Below, piece by piece: positions 17,484-27,474 of a stretch of 64,000 nucleotides of DNA. The DNA is taken from positions 124,001 to 188,000 of IMG/VR virus record IMGVR_UViG_3300017786_003484. One strand, written 5' to 3'. The position numbers and the translations under genes are program-made. The notes below the pieces were generated by a model. The model saw nothing but the letters and a program-made list of their open reading frames with translations, was not told the origin of the DNA and did not search any database. Numbering within the stretch: position 1 is the first letter of the stretch; every line of letters begins with the position of its first letter.

Positions 17484-19019
17484 ATGGAACAATCAGAAAC
17501 AGGCAACAAAGATACTGGTGCATCAGCATCAGCAGAAGCAGAGGCTCATGCCGAAGCAAACGCCCACGCAGGAACAGAAGTCACTGATTCAAGTGTTAGT
17601 GCAGAAGCAGGAGCCCATGCAGAAGCAGGAGTATCCGCTGGTGCAGATGGCGAAGCTCATGCAACTCAAGGAGCATTGAGTGAAACTGCCGAAGGTAGTG
17701 CCGGTGTTAGTGCAACTGCTGAAGTAACTGCAGAAGCATATGCCGGAGCAGGGTTTGATGGTAGCGACGCTAGTATTGGAGCAGGTGCTATGGTTGAAGC
17801 AAGAGCAGAAACAGAAGCTCATGTAGATGGTAGTGCAGAAGCCACAGTTGATGCTGGACCATTAGGAGATGTTACTCTTGCCGGAGCAGAAGGCGAAGCT
17901 CATGCTGGAGCATATGCAGAAACTCATGCCGGTGTAGAAGCTCATGCAAGTGTTGGAGAACATGGTGTTGATGTTGGCGGTGGAGCAATAGCAGGCGCAA
18001 GCACAGGAGTTGATGCTGGTGCATCAGGTACAATAGACACTCCAATTGGATCAGTTGGCGGAGAAGCCGAAGCAGGAGTTAGTGTTGGTACACAAGTAGG
18101 TATAGAAGGCGAAGGTCATGCAACAATGAATGATGGTGTTGCAAGTGTAGGTGTTAGTGGCAAGGCCGCAGTACTAGCAGGAATAGATGCAGACTTAAAT
18201 GTTGAAGTTGATCTCAATCCAATTCTTGATATTAGTAAATGTACATATAATGTAATTACTCATCCAAACGAAGCAATTTCTGAAGCTAGAAATATTATGT
18301 CTGATGCAGAAAAACAGGTAGACTCTGCAATGGCCAATGCTGAAAAAATGAAGAATGCAACTATTAAAGCCGCAAACGATGAAGCAGACAGAGTTAAGAA
18401 AGAAGCAACCAGAGAACTAAAAGCAACAGAAGAACATTGTCAAGGTGTAATTGCTGGTGCTCAAAGAGCTCTAAATGAAGCCGCTGAAGAAACAGCAAGA
18501 CTGGCGGCCGAACAAGCACAGAAAGCAAAAGAAGCCGCTGAATTGGCCGCAAAGCAAGCCGCGGATCAAGCACAGAAACAGGCCGCTGAAGCCGCCCACA
18601 GAGCTGAAATGGTTAAGCAGAAAGCCGCTGAACAAGCCGCTAAAGCACAAGCCGAAGCTCAACGTGCCGCAGAGTTAGCTCAACAGCAAGCACTTCAAGC
18701 TCGTAGACAAGCAGAAGCACAAGCACAAGCCGCCGCAAATGCCGCTCAAAGATCTGCAAATGCCGCAAAGGATGCCGCTAAAAAATCTGGTAGAAAGATT
18801 AAGAAATTCTTTAGTGATATTAGAGTAAAAGAAAATATTAAATTAGAGAACGTTGATGCTGTTACAGGACTTTCATGGTATTCATATAATTATGTTTGGG
18901 ATAGCGAAGTAAGACAAACAGGTGTTATGGCTCAAGACTTATTAGGTACAAAATATCAAGATGCTGTTAGTGTCCATCATGGACATTTTGTAGTTGATTA
19001 TAGTAAACTTCCTAACTAG
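17484..19019 (+). CDS. Ala/Gly-rich repeat and coiled-coil protein with a C-terminal peptidase S74 (autocleaving chaperone) domain
   Basis: AEAHAGA-type repeats, AEQAAK coiled coil, FSDIRVKENI...GVMAQD...VDYSKL. Confidence 0.75.
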   Translation: MEQSETGNKDTGASASAEAEAHAEANAHAGTEVTDSSVSAEAGAHAEAGVSAGADGEAHATQGALSETAEGSAGVSATAEVTAEAYAGAGFDGSDASIGAGAMVEARAETEAHVDGSAEATVDAGPLGDVTLAGAEGEAHAGAYAETHAGVEAHASVGEHGVDVGGGAIAGASTGVDAGASGTIDTPIGSVGGEAEAGVSVGTQVGIEGEGHATMNDGVASVGVSGKAAVLAGIDADLNVEVDLNPILDISKCTYNVITHPNEAISEARNIMSDAEKQVDSAMANAEKMKNATIKAANDEADRVKKEATRELKATEEHCQGVIAGAQRALNEAAEETARLAAEQAQKAKEAAELAAKQAADQAQKQAAEAAHRAEMVKQKAAEQAAKAQAEAQRAAELAQQQALQARRQAEAQAQAAANAAQRSANAAKDAAKKSGRKIKKFFSDIRVKENIKLENVDAVTGLSWYSYNYVWDSEVRQTGVMAQDLLGTKYQDAVSVHHGHFVVDYSKLPN

Positions 19020-19692
19020 GAATTTTTAGGTTGGCCCATGGTTGTTGAAATCTTATTGATAAAAGCAATCGTGGGCTTTTACCATCCCAATTAATAGAAT
19101 GTAAGATATCAGTTCTAACAAAAGAAGATTCTTGATTTAACTTGGCTAAAGTATTGCATTTGAAATCCGGATCTCCTAATAATTTATATTGTCCAGCTCT
19201 ACTTTTTTCAGCACCACCTTTGGCTTGTAAACGTTTAGCAGGAACACCATTAGGTCTTGGAAATTCAGCAACACGAACCTTCCAATGATCTCTATCACAA
19301 TTCCACCAAAACATCTCTTGGTCTTCGTCGCCATTTAATAAAACATTAAAGCGAACTGGTATATCATATTTGTCTCCGGTATATCTATCAGGACCAGTAG
19401 TATCAATATGTGGATTACCACGAGGATCTTCTAAAGGTTCGTTAAGTGACTTATAAATGAAGAAATTTACCTCTCCATCTTCTAGTCCATATGTTTTTGT
19501 AAAGGCATTAATTTCAGCATATGCTTTTGACTCTTTCCAAGCCTGTATCATATCAGGTTCCGGTGTTATTAATGCCGCTGAAAGAGGAGCATTATCTTGG
19601 TAGTCTTGAACCATTGGTTTGGTTATTTCCTGAGCCCACGACCAGGCTTCAGGTGAAAGTTTAAAAGAAACGGTTAAATAAGGTTGCTCCAT
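19012..19692 (-). CDS. Putative 2OG-Fe(II)/DSBH-fold oxygenase
   Basis: PHID...RFNV...VRTDILHSI...RLLLSIRF; start MEQPY, 5 nt after CATAAATA. Confidence 0.6.
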   Translation of the reverse strand: MEQPYLTVSFKLSPEAWSWAQEITKPMVQDYQDNAPLSAALITPEPDMIQAWKESKAYAEINAFTKTYGLEDGEVNFFIYKSLNEPLEDPRGNPHIDTTGPDRYTGDKYDIPVRFNVLLNGDEDQEMFWWNCDRDHWKVRVAEFPRPNGVPAKRLQAKGGAEKSRAGQYKLLGDPDFKCNTLAKLNQESSFVRTDILHSINWDGKSPRLLLSIRFQQPWANLKIPS

Positions 19693-19704
19693 ACCAATAT
19701 TTAT

Positions 19705-19735
19705 GGTTGACATTATAGATAATATACCATATAAT
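19705..19735 (+). promoter_or_regulatory. Consensus sigma70 promoter for tRNA-Gly
   Basis: GG-TTGACA-17 nt-TATAAT. Confidence 0.85.
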
Positions 19736-19745
19736 AGTAAAATAA

Positions 19746-19819
19746 GCGGGTATTGTGTAGTGGTAAGACCTTAGCCTTCCAAGCTAATGACAGGAGTTCG
19801 ATTCTCCTTACCCGCTCCA
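19746..19819 (+). tRNA. tRNA-Gly(UCC)
   Basis: GCGGGTA/TACCCGC acceptor stem, TTAGC-CT-TCC-AA-GCTAA, U73, CCA. Confidence 0.96.
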
Positions 19820-19835
19820 ACTATGAGGAATAAAA

Positions 19836-20114
19836 ATGATTGGTTCAAAAGATATAGTCCATATTGATGTGGGCATTGATAAAAGAGAAGGCAAATGGCT
19901 AGGAGAATGGACACCTAAGAATCCTGATGCTGTCGCACAATTATATAATGAGGAGCCTTCAACTCATCATATTACAGCCAACAGGCGTGAGGAACTTGAA
20001 CGTAAACTTGAGAAAGCATTACGTCTTGCTTTTCCTAAAGCAAATTATATAGTTCAGCATCGTGAATCGTTGACAGAAGCACAAGATCCTTTAACAGGTT
20101 ATATCAATGCGTGA
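19836..20114 (+). CDS. Hypothetical protein
   Basis: GAGGA SD. Confidence 0.65.
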   Translation: MIGSKDIVHIDVGIDKREGKWLGEWTPKNPDAVAQLYNEEPSTHHITANRREELERKLEKALRLAFPKANYIVQHRESLTEAQDPLTGYINA

Positions 20115-20373
20115 TACCAACCATGAAAAGATAGGTATTAGGATAATGCGTTCTTTAATGGGATGGTTGATGGTATTTGGTACAATTGGTTTACTTCTAG
20201 GTTCTCAAATTTGGGTATGGGAAAATTATAGTGCCACTCCTGGATTATTGGTACTATTTGAAGGTTTATGGTGTATTGGATCTGCTATATTTTTAGGTAT
20301 AATCGTATCAGCCGCTGAAAAAAGTTTACCTTTAGGCAAAATTAATTTACAACCTCTTGATAAACAAGACTAA
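20107..20373 (+). CDS. Small membrane protein
   Basis: 2 TM. Confidence 0.6.
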   Translation: MRDTNHEKIGIRIMRSLMGWLMVFGTIGLLLGSQIWVWENYSATPGLLVLFEGLWCIGSAIFLGIIVSAAEKSLPLGKINLQPLDKQD

Positions 20374-20395
20374 TTTTTCCTACTATTTTCAACAA

Positions 20396-20449
20396 AAAGG
20401 TTGACCTTTGGGCCTGTTTGTCATATACTGTATATAATAAGAAATTAGG
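20396..20449 (+). repeat. Early-promoter cassette, copy 1 (52/54 identical to 32512-32565)
   Basis: AAAGG-TTGACC-17 nt-TATACT-GTATATAATAAGAAATTAGG. Confidence 0.9.
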
Positions 20450-20469
20450 TTAATTAGGAGATACATTAT

Positions 20470-20982
20470 ATGGCTTATTTAAGTGCAAAAGATACCCAAG
20501 CAATTAGAAAAGAACTTAAAGTACAATTTCCAGAGTTTAGATTTAATGTTAGCAAAAGATCAGGTGGTGCCTGTATTGTAACTATAACAAGCGGTCCTAC
20601 TGATTTCTCAGATATTTACAGACAAGATGCATATGGAGATGACGGCTATTGTCAAGTTAATGTTTATCATATAAAAGGAGACAATTATAATAAGCATACA
20701 GAATTCTTAGCAGATGTTCTTAACGTGATTAAAACTGCTCCTGCAAAAGGAGAAGGTTTTCATAAAGGTAGAGGTTGGTTTGATGAGTCAGATAGTATGT
20801 CTGACTATTTCCATACTGCTTTTTATATTGATTTAAACATTGGACAATACTCAAAGCCTTATGTGCAAAGTGGTTGTGCAAAAAAAGCTCCTACTAAAGA
20901 AGTAAAAACTTTAGAACAATTAGTTGGTGCTGAAATGGCTTCAACCTTAAGAGAACTTGCAATGGTTAAGGAAAACGTATAA
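20470..20982 (+). CDS. Early phage protein, LPD29-like domain
   Basis: IRKELKVQFPEFRFNV...DESDSMSDYFH..FY. Confidence 0.6.
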   Translation: MAYLSAKDTQAIRKELKVQFPEFRFNVSKRSGGACIVTITSGPTDFSDIYRQDAYGDDGYCQVNVYHIKGDNYNKHTEFLADVLNVIKTAPAKGEGFHKGRGWFDESDSMSDYFHTAFYIDLNIGQYSKPYVQSGCAKKAPTKEVKTLEQLVGAEMASTLRELAMVKENV

Positions 20983-21941
20983 TGAATATTAATTTTAAAA
21001 ATATTGCATTAGCAATTACTTCGGTAGCAGTTCTTAGTGCATGTCAAACAACTAATTCACTAGCAGTTAATAACGAAACATCTGCTATACAGTATGATGG
21101 TAAAGCAGTTACTAATAATAATGTATCTGTTATGCCTGGATATGCTCATTATATGAAACTAAATCCTTTGAAATCTCAAATTCCAAGTTATGACGGTAAA
21201 GGTTTACTTGCCGCAAGTTGGAATCCTTCCGATGATGTTGCTAATAATCCAACTATTGTTATAATGCATGGTGGACATGGCGTTGGTAGCGGTATGTGGA
21301 TTAAAGCAAGAGATCTAAAGCAACGTATTAATGCCAACGTATTACTTCTTGATAGTTTTATGTCACGTGATATGCCTAATAATTGGGATAGAGGTGTAGA
21401 AGCTGATGCAATCGTTCGTACATTTGATGTTATTGCAGTTGGTAAATGGTTAAAGACACAAGGGTCTGATCCTAGCAAAACTTATATGATGGGCGGTTCA
21501 CAAGGTGGATGGACAACTCTTAAGGCAATGTCTGCAGGAGCAACTCAACTTGCTGAAGTAAAGCCTCTTTATGCAGGTGGTATTGCATACTATCCTGTTT
21601 GCGACAACTACAATCGTAATGGTAACCTAAGAGCAGGACAACGATTTGTTTCGTTAGCAAAGAATGGTTTCTGGGGACCTGTACTACTTCTAACTGGTGA
21701 TGAGGACTATGCTACTCGTATTGAAGATTGTCAACAGTCTGTAGTTGAACATGCCACTAAGCATGTTAGGTTTGAAAGAGGAACACATGGTTGGGAAATC
21801 CGTTGGAGAGAAAACGGAGAGATGAACAAGGATGGTTCTTGTAAGTGGTCTGGTAACAAAAACTTTAAGATGTGTTATGATGCCAAGCACACTACTGAAA
21901 TGTATATTGAAATGACTAAATTTATAAATGGAGCAAAATAA
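20982..21941 (+). CDS. Dienelactone-hydrolase-like alpha/beta hydrolase lipoprotein
   Basis: Lipobox LSAC, MHGGHG, GGSQGG, YYPVC, GTHGW. Confidence 0.8.
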   Translation: MNINFKNIALAITSVAVLSACQTTNSLAVNNETSAIQYDGKAVTNNNVSVMPGYAHYMKLNPLKSQIPSYDGKGLLAASWNPSDDVANNPTIVIMHGGHGVGSGMWIKARDLKQRINANVLLLDSFMSRDMPNNWDRGVEADAIVRTFDVIAVGKWLKTQGSDPSKTYMMGGSQGGWTTLKAMSAGATQLAEVKPLYAGGIAYYPVCDNYNRNGNLRAGQRFVSLAKNGFWGPVLLLTGDEDYATRIEDCQQSVVEHATKHVRFERGTHGWEIRWRENGEMNKDGSCKWSGNKNFKMCYDAKHTTEMYIEMTKFINGAK

Positions 21942-23074
21942 TGAATAGTAAATTTATATTTGGTACCTTAACAGTTTTAACAACTGTTTGGGTTGTTTCG
22001 GGTGTTGTACAAAGTGCATTAGCAAAAGAAGCAAAGGTAAACGTTGTCCGTACTACAGGAGGCAATGCAGTAGAGTTTCCTAACGTTCATTTACAAAGTG
22101 GTATGGGAAGAAACCTGCTTCAACCTTTCAATGAAGAACTGCAAACAACACATGACATAAAATCAGCAGACAGAGCTCAACGAATGATGGAACGAAACAG
22201 TTCAGCTCTTACTGGATTATTAATTAATAAAGGACGTATTGTATTTGAAGGTTATAGAGAACCAGCTAGGCGCAATAGCAAAATGCATAGTATGTCAATG
22301 TCAAAGAGTCTAACTGCTCTTGTAATTGGTAACCTATATTGTGACGGCAAGATCAATAGCCTCGATGATAAAGCAGTAAAATATGCTCCTCAATTAGAAG
22401 GAACTCCATATGGAGATACTTCAATCCGTAATCTACTAATGATGGCTAGTGGTATAAAGAAGCTTGGCAGTCACGGACAGCCTAAACATAAAACTTATGT
22501 TAGGATGAGGAATCAGCGAGCAACTGGATTGTTTATGCTAAAAGGACACACAAGACAATATGAAGAAGGAACCAATCATCTTTATAACTCAGGAGATACA
22601 TTAGCATTATCTCAAGTAATGGAGTCAATGGGAGGACTAGTTAATAACTTTAATTTTTATATTTGGTCTAGGATTGGTACTGAAACAGGTGGATCCTGGA
22701 TGGTGGATAAACGGGGTCAGCCAATTGCCTTTGCTGGATTTAATGCAAGTCTAAGAGACTGGGGTAAACTTGGAATGTATACAATAGATATGGTAAAAGG
22801 CCGAGGCGGTTCGTGTATGCAAGAATTTGCTACAGACATGAACTCTAAGCAAATTAGGAATGAGAGGCGTCCGGGAGAAGCAGGAAGAGCATTCTCGCAC
22901 TATGGTTACCAAACTTGGATTATGCAAAATGGAAATGCATGGTGGATTGGCTATGGCGGACAACGAGTAGGATTAAATTTTGAATTAGAAAAAGTAATGG
23001 TAGTACATAGTTACATTGAAAACTATATGACTGAAGCACATGACGTGTTTAATTATTTTGCAGATTGGGATTAA
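21941..23074 (+). CDS. Secreted serine hydrolase, beta-lactamase/AmpC-like fold
   Basis: Signal peptide, SMSK (SxxK), LLMMASG, YNS, YGYQTW, GYGGQ. Confidence 0.85.
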   Translation: MNSKFIFGTLTVLTTVWVVSGVVQSALAKEAKVNVVRTTGGNAVEFPNVHLQSGMGRNLLQPFNEELQTTHDIKSADRAQRMMERNSSALTGLLINKGRIVFEGYREPARRNSKMHSMSMSKSLTALVIGNLYCDGKINSLDDKAVKYAPQLEGTPYGDTSIRNLLMMASGIKKLGSHGQPKHKTYVRMRNQRATGLFMLKGHTRQYEEGTNHLYNSGDTLALSQVMESMGGLVNNFNFYIWSRIGTETGGSWMVDKRGQPIAFAGFNASLRDWGKLGMYTIDMVKGRGGSCMQEFATDMNSKQIRNERRPGEAGRAFSHYGYQTWIMQNGNAWWIGYGGQRVGLNFELEKVMVVHSYIENYMTEAHDVFNYFADWD

Positions 23075-23343
23075 TGGAAGAAGTTTTAATAAAAATATTA
23101 AACATGGGAGACCCTGATGACTGGGATTTATATGCCAACTTAGCAATAGGCGAATGGACCAAGTCAGATGAATATGCAAAAATTAAAGCATATGGATTAA
23201 CGGCTCAATCCTACAAGTACTTAGAACAAAATAGCTGGGGAGGTGATTATAATCTCTCCGGCTGTGGTGTATATTGCTTAGATTATGATCCTAAAGATCT
23301 TATGATGGCAAAATTAGCAGGTGTAATTCCACATTACGGTTAA
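23074..23343 (+). CDS. Hypothetical protein
   Basis: TAATG-coupled start. Confidence 0.6.
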   Translation: MEEVLIKILNMGDPDDWDLYANLAIGEWTKSDEYAKIKAYGLTAQSYKYLEQNSWGGDYNLSGCGVYCLDYDPKDLMMAKLAGVIPHYG

Positions 23344-23395
23344 ACCTGCAACTTATTCGACAGTAAGTAATTTATTAAACAAAAGGAGGAACAAT

Positions 23396-24001
23396 ATGTT
23401 CTCATTTAAAGACGTAGATAAAAGTATGCTATTAAAACTAGTAGCATTACATGTTTTAGTTATTGTAGTTAGTAATGCCTTAGTTAGTATTCCAGTTGAA
23501 ATTTTTGGTGTTAAACTAACATGGGCGGCATTTACTTTTCCACTAGTGGTATTAGCAACTGATTTGACAGTACGACTATTAGGAAAGGAAATTGCTCGAA
23601 GTACAATTACCGCGGCATATCCGCTGGCTATTATTGGATCTATTCTAGTAGTACTAGCAGAAGGTGCTCCTACAAGTGTAGCACTTCGTATTGGTTTTGC
23701 CAGTGCAACAGCCTATGCAGTAGGTACAATGCTTGACGTATATGTATTCCAACATATTAGAGAAAAGTTAGTAGACAACTGGTGGTTAGCACCGGCTGTA
23801 TCAACAGTAGCCGCTAACGTTATTGACACTTATGCATTCTTTGCAGTAGCCTTTCACAATTCAGCAGACGAGTATATGTCAGCAAACTGGATGGAAGTAG
23901 CAGGTTCGCAAGTCATAATTAAGATTGCAGTAGGACTAATTGTCTTCCTACCAGCTTATGGTGTATTACTAAGACACCTTAAAAATAAAGTAGAAGGATA
24001 A
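23396..24001 (+). CDS. yhhQ: Queuosine-precursor (preQ0/preQ1) transporter, YhhQ/VUT family
   Basis: SNALV.IP, TWAAFTFP...ATDLTVR, RIGFAS..AY..G..LD, WWLAP..ST, DTY.FF. Confidence 0.88.
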   Translation: MFSFKDVDKSMLLKLVALHVLVIVVSNALVSIPVEIFGVKLTWAAFTFPLVVLATDLTVRLLGKEIARSTITAAYPLAIIGSILVVLAEGAPTSVALRIGFASATAYAVGTMLDVYVFQHIREKLVDNWWLAPAVSTVAANVIDTYAFFAVAFHNSADEYMSANWMEVAGSQVIIKIAVGLIVFLPAYGVLLRHLKNKVEG

Positions 24002-24005
24002 ACGT

Positions 24006-24689
24006 ATGAGCTTAAATACAGATGGTTTATTTTTAGCACCAGCTAATCCTCAACTGTCAAAGTATGATGGGGTTAAACTTCCTCCGTTAGTTATACCGGA
24101 CGGAAGTGGCCCCTGGGCTCTGCGATATATCTGGGTAAAGCATAAAACTAAAAACGATGAATTTGTAAAAAATTATTTTAACAAAGGAAATAATGCAACA
24201 GGTTCCGGACTAAATTTAAGAAAACAAACATCTCACATGAAAGAGACAGCATGGAATCCTCATAACAATATTTTTGATACTAGCAGAGAAAACGGTAACT
24301 TGATTTGGAGAGTTAAAGTACATAATCATTTAGCCGATACGATTGATTATATTGAGATATGGCGTAGCAAAGAAATTATTAAAGAAACATTTGGTGTTAA
24401 AAAAGGCGACACTACAAAAAATGATGTTCCTGTAACCGAATCAGAAAGTAAATCAGATTTAGCAAGATCTGCAGAAGAAATTATTACATTAAGAAAAGGA
24501 TTAGAAGAAGCAGGTTTTGAGCCAAGAGCTTGGTCTACCTTTCCTAATGTCCATCCAATTGTTGCAATGAGATGGTATCTTTACTTTTTAGACAGACGAA
24601 ATGGAAATAAGCAATGTGTTATAAACACACCTTATAATAAAAAATTAAACGATTGGGAACCTTTTAAAAATAACAAAGGAGTTAATTAA
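24006..24689 (+). CDS. Hypothetical protein
   Basis: 227-aa ORF in operon-like context. Confidence 0.65.
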   Translation: MSLNTDGLFLAPANPQLSKYDGVKLPPLVIPDGSGPWALRYIWVKHKTKNDEFVKNYFNKGNNATGSGLNLRKQTSHMKETAWNPHNNIFDTSRENGNLIWRVKVHNHLADTIDYIEIWRSKEIIKETFGVKKGDTTKNDVPVTESESKSDLARSAEEIITLRKGLEEAGFEPRAWSTFPNVHPIVAMRWYLYFLDRRNGNKQCVINTPYNKKLNDWEPFKNNKGVN

Positions 24690-24690
24690 A

Positions 24691-25317
24691 ATGGCACTTG
24701 TACCTATGGTAGTAGAAAAGACCTCTGAAGGAGAAAGAGCATACGATATCTATAGTCGTTTGCTTAAAGAAAGAATTGTTATGGTTGAAGGAGTAGTAAA
24801 CGATAACATGGCTAATTTAATTGTTGCACAATTACTTTACCTTGAGGCAGAAAACGATAACGATATTACAATGTTTGTTAACAGTCCAGGCGGATCAGTT
24901 ACTGCTGGCTTAGCAATTTATGATACTATGCAATTTATTGGTTGTGATGTTGCAACTTATGCTATGGGCCAAGCATGTTCTATGGGATCAGTATTAGCAA
25001 TGGCAGGTGCAAATGGAAAGAGATATGTATTGCCTAGCTGTCGTACAATGATTCATAGAGTTAGTTCTGGAACACACGGAACAAGCGGAAGTGTTCATGT
25101 ACAAGAATTACAGTTTGAAGATGCTATTCGTAGTATGGAAGAATCTAAAAAACTTAACGAACGTTTAACTCAACTATATGTTACCCACAATACAAAAGGT
25201 AAGACATATGATCAGATGTTTGAAACTATGAAGTTTGATACTTTTCTTGACGCCGCCGCAACTGTTGAATTTGGACTTGCAGATAAAGTTATTGCAAACA
25301 GGGCTGATGTAAAATGA
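24691..25317 (+). CDS. clpP: ATP-dependent Clp protease proteolytic subunit
   Basis: [37 protein letters not shown]. Confidence 0.96.
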   Translation: MALVPMVVEKTSEGERAYDIYSRLLKERIVMVEGVVNDNMANLIVAQLLYLEAENDNDITMFVNSPGGSVTAGLAIYDTMQFIGCDVATYAMGQACSMGSVLAMAGANGKRYVLPSCRTMIHRVSSGTHGTSGSVHVQELQFEDAIRSMEESKKLNERLTQLYVTHNTKGKTYDQMFETMKFDTFLDAAATVEFGLADKVIANRADVK

Positions 25318-26048
25318 GTATAATGACTGAACAAGGTTTAAAGGAACTAGTCGCTAAACAAGATACTTTAGGTAGAGTTCCTTTTGATGGTAGTAGATTT
25401 TATTCAGCAGATGCAAACTACCTTATATATTCTGTTGGAGTAGACAGATTTATATTATCTGATAGACTTGATCTATGGACTACATTAGAAACTGCTAAGA
25501 TACTTTCTTCAAAGATTCCATTAACTTTAATTGCACTCACAAACTGTAGTAAAGATATTAACAACGAAAATTGTTTGTTTTATACAGTATCTGAGAAAAC
25601 TGGTTGGAAGATGTCTGAGAATGCATGTCCAGAATTAGGTGCAGTATCAGGCGAGGATGCAGTAGAAGAGGCTGGCATTGCTTTAGACTTTAAAGATCCT
25701 ATTAGTGCTAATTGGTTAGTTAACTTACAAAACTATGCATTCTTTTGCCAGAGGATATTACATGCAATTAGAATTGCTGATGCTGAAACCAATTCAGACG
25801 ATGCAGTATTTTTCAAAGAGTTACTAGATCACGGAATTGCGGCAGTATTACAATCAAGAGCTGATCATACAAGAACTCCGCAAGGAGCATTACTTTGGAC
25901 TAAAAGGGTACTATATACTTCAAAGAATATTGACGAAGCAATCAGTGGTATTAATAAGATATGGGATAGCAGGGTACTTAGAGATAAAGATATAAGAGAT
26001 AGATTTTTTGAGTATTCAGGATTACCTTTTAATCCTGGAGACAATTAA
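25314..26048 (+). CDS. Unknown protein; partner of PP-loop paralog C, paralog of 12790
   Basis: YSVGVDR...AKILSSKIP; RVLY...[11 protein letters not shown]. Confidence 0.75.
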   Translation: MSIMTEQGLKELVAKQDTLGRVPFDGSRFYSADANYLIYSVGVDRFILSDRLDLWTTLETAKILSSKIPLTLIALTNCSKDINNENCLFYTVSEKTGWKMSENACPELGAVSGEDAVEEAGIALDFKDPISANWLVNLQNYAFFCQRILHAIRIADAETNSDDAVFFKELLDHGIAAVLQSRADHTRTPQGALLWTKRVLYTSKNIDEAISGINKIWDSRVLRDKDIRDRFFEYSGLPFNPGDN

Positions 26049-26049
26049 T

Positions 26050-27474
26050 ATGTCTGAAAATTTTACCCATGATACTTTTAGTACTGAGCAATATTATTAT
26101 GATGAACAGGCAAGAAAACATCCTACAACGGTAGCAGTTAAGTCTAAACTACCAAAAGCAAAAGTAACATCTTCTGGCTTAAAAGTAGGAGATAGTTTAT
26201 TTCATCATGGTATAACATGGAATGTAAGAACAGAAGAAATATACACTCCAATATATAATGATTTGCCATTAGCAGGAAAATATCATGTTGACTTCGCAAA
26301 GCAGTTTACATATAATAGATTTTCTCCTAGGCACGGTCATTGGGCTCAACCTTATCCTGTAATTCCTTTACCAGAATTAGCTATGCCGTCTTTTGATCCT
26401 AATCACAATAAAACATGGACAGAATGTACAGATGAAAGAGCTCAATGGGTTAAGGCTTTATTAGAAAAAGAGTCCAATCGTAAAATTGCATTATACTATT
26501 CAGGTGGAATTGATAGTTTGGTTGTTCTTATTGCATTACTAAAAGCATTAGATACGAAAGAACTCCGTTCACGTTTAACTATTTGTTGCAGTATGGAAAG
26601 TGTAATTGAATATCCTGTTTTCTTTGAAAAAGAAGTGCTTGGAAAATTTAAGATTATAGATCTTAAAATGGGTACTGTTCGTTTTAATAATTTAATCAAT
26701 GAAGGATATACAGTTATTACAGCCGACTTAGGTGATGCTATGTTTGGAACTGAAGTGTCTACACAATTTTATTATACTTTTAGGAACCATGCTGAACGTT
26801 TAGGTTTTCAAGGAAGAAAAATGGTATCTGATTTACTTGAAGATATAGGTAAACCAGATGCACACTATTCTGTTTATAAAGATGTTTTAATTGCATATTT
26901 AGAAACTCCAAATGTTTATTCTATGCCAACTAAAAGTAGAGAGAATATATTAACACCAGGCTTTGGAGAATGGTATTATAATAAACTAGACAAATTAGCA
27001 CAGACATCTGATTATACGGTTCATAGTTTACATGATTTCTTTTGGCAGATTATTTTTAATGTTAAATGGATGCATTGCTCATGTCGTTGTTTTATGTTCT
27101 TTGGTGACCATACTAATAACAAACCATTGTTTCAACATAAACGGTATATAAACTGGTTTCAGTCTGATGATTATCAACGTTGGTCTATGGTTAATAACAA
27201 TACAGGACAAAAGATTAAAGGTGTAACTGCTTCTACATATAAGTGGGCGGCCAGAGAATACATATACGATTATACAAAAGATGAATGGGCATTATATTTT
27301 AAACTTAAGATTGCATCTTTTCAAAAGATTGCTCCTGTTCACAGTTATCCACATGCTATGGACATTATAGATAGATTTGCTTTAAACACAGATTATACTG
27401 TAGTTCGTCATAGCGATCCTGGAGTGATTGATTATATACATCATCACCTTTTTAACTACAATGACTTACTCTAA
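26050..27474 (+). CDS. Asparagine-synthetase-like PP-loop ATPase, paralog C
   Basis: YSGGIDSL, TADLGDAMFGT, DFFWQIIFNVK, YQRWSM, YK..AREYIY; GGAG SD. Confidence 0.8.
   Translation: MSENFTHDTFSTEQYYYDEQARKHPTTVAVKSKLPKAKVTSSGLKVGDSLFHHGITWNVRTEEIYTPIYNDLPLAGKYHVDFAKQFTYNRFSPRHGHWAQPYPVIPLPELAMPSFDPNHNKTWTECTDERAQWVKALLEKESNRKIALYYSGGIDSLVVLIALLKALDTKELRSRLTICCSMESVIEYPVFFEKEVLGKFKIIDLKMGTVRFNNLINEGYTVITADLGDAMFGTEVSTQFYYTFRNHAERLGFQGRKMVSDLLEDIGKPDAHYSVYKDVLIAYLETPNVYSMPTKSRENILTPGFGEWYYNKLDKLAQTSDYTVHSLHDFFWQIIFNVKWMHCSCRCFMFFGDHTNNKPLFQHKRYINWFQSDDYQRWSMVNNNTGQKIKGVTASTYKWAAREYIYDYTKDEWALYFKLKIASFQKIAPVHSYPHAMDIIDRFALNTDYTVVRHSDPGVIDYIHHHLFNYNDLL

Noticed and set aside
17589-18678. Cys/Phe/Ser-rich short ORFs inside the 511-aa gene
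   Set aside because: Shadow frames of Ala/Glu/Gln codon repeats
21941-23074. Antibiotic-resistance beta-lactamase
   Set aside because: Motifs fit the broad esterase/amidase branch of the fold (no KTG triad); resistance is not supported
23344-23395. preQ1 riboswitch upstream of yhhQ
   Set aside because: Only a short ACTTA/TAAGT hairpin; no recognisable preQ1 aptamer
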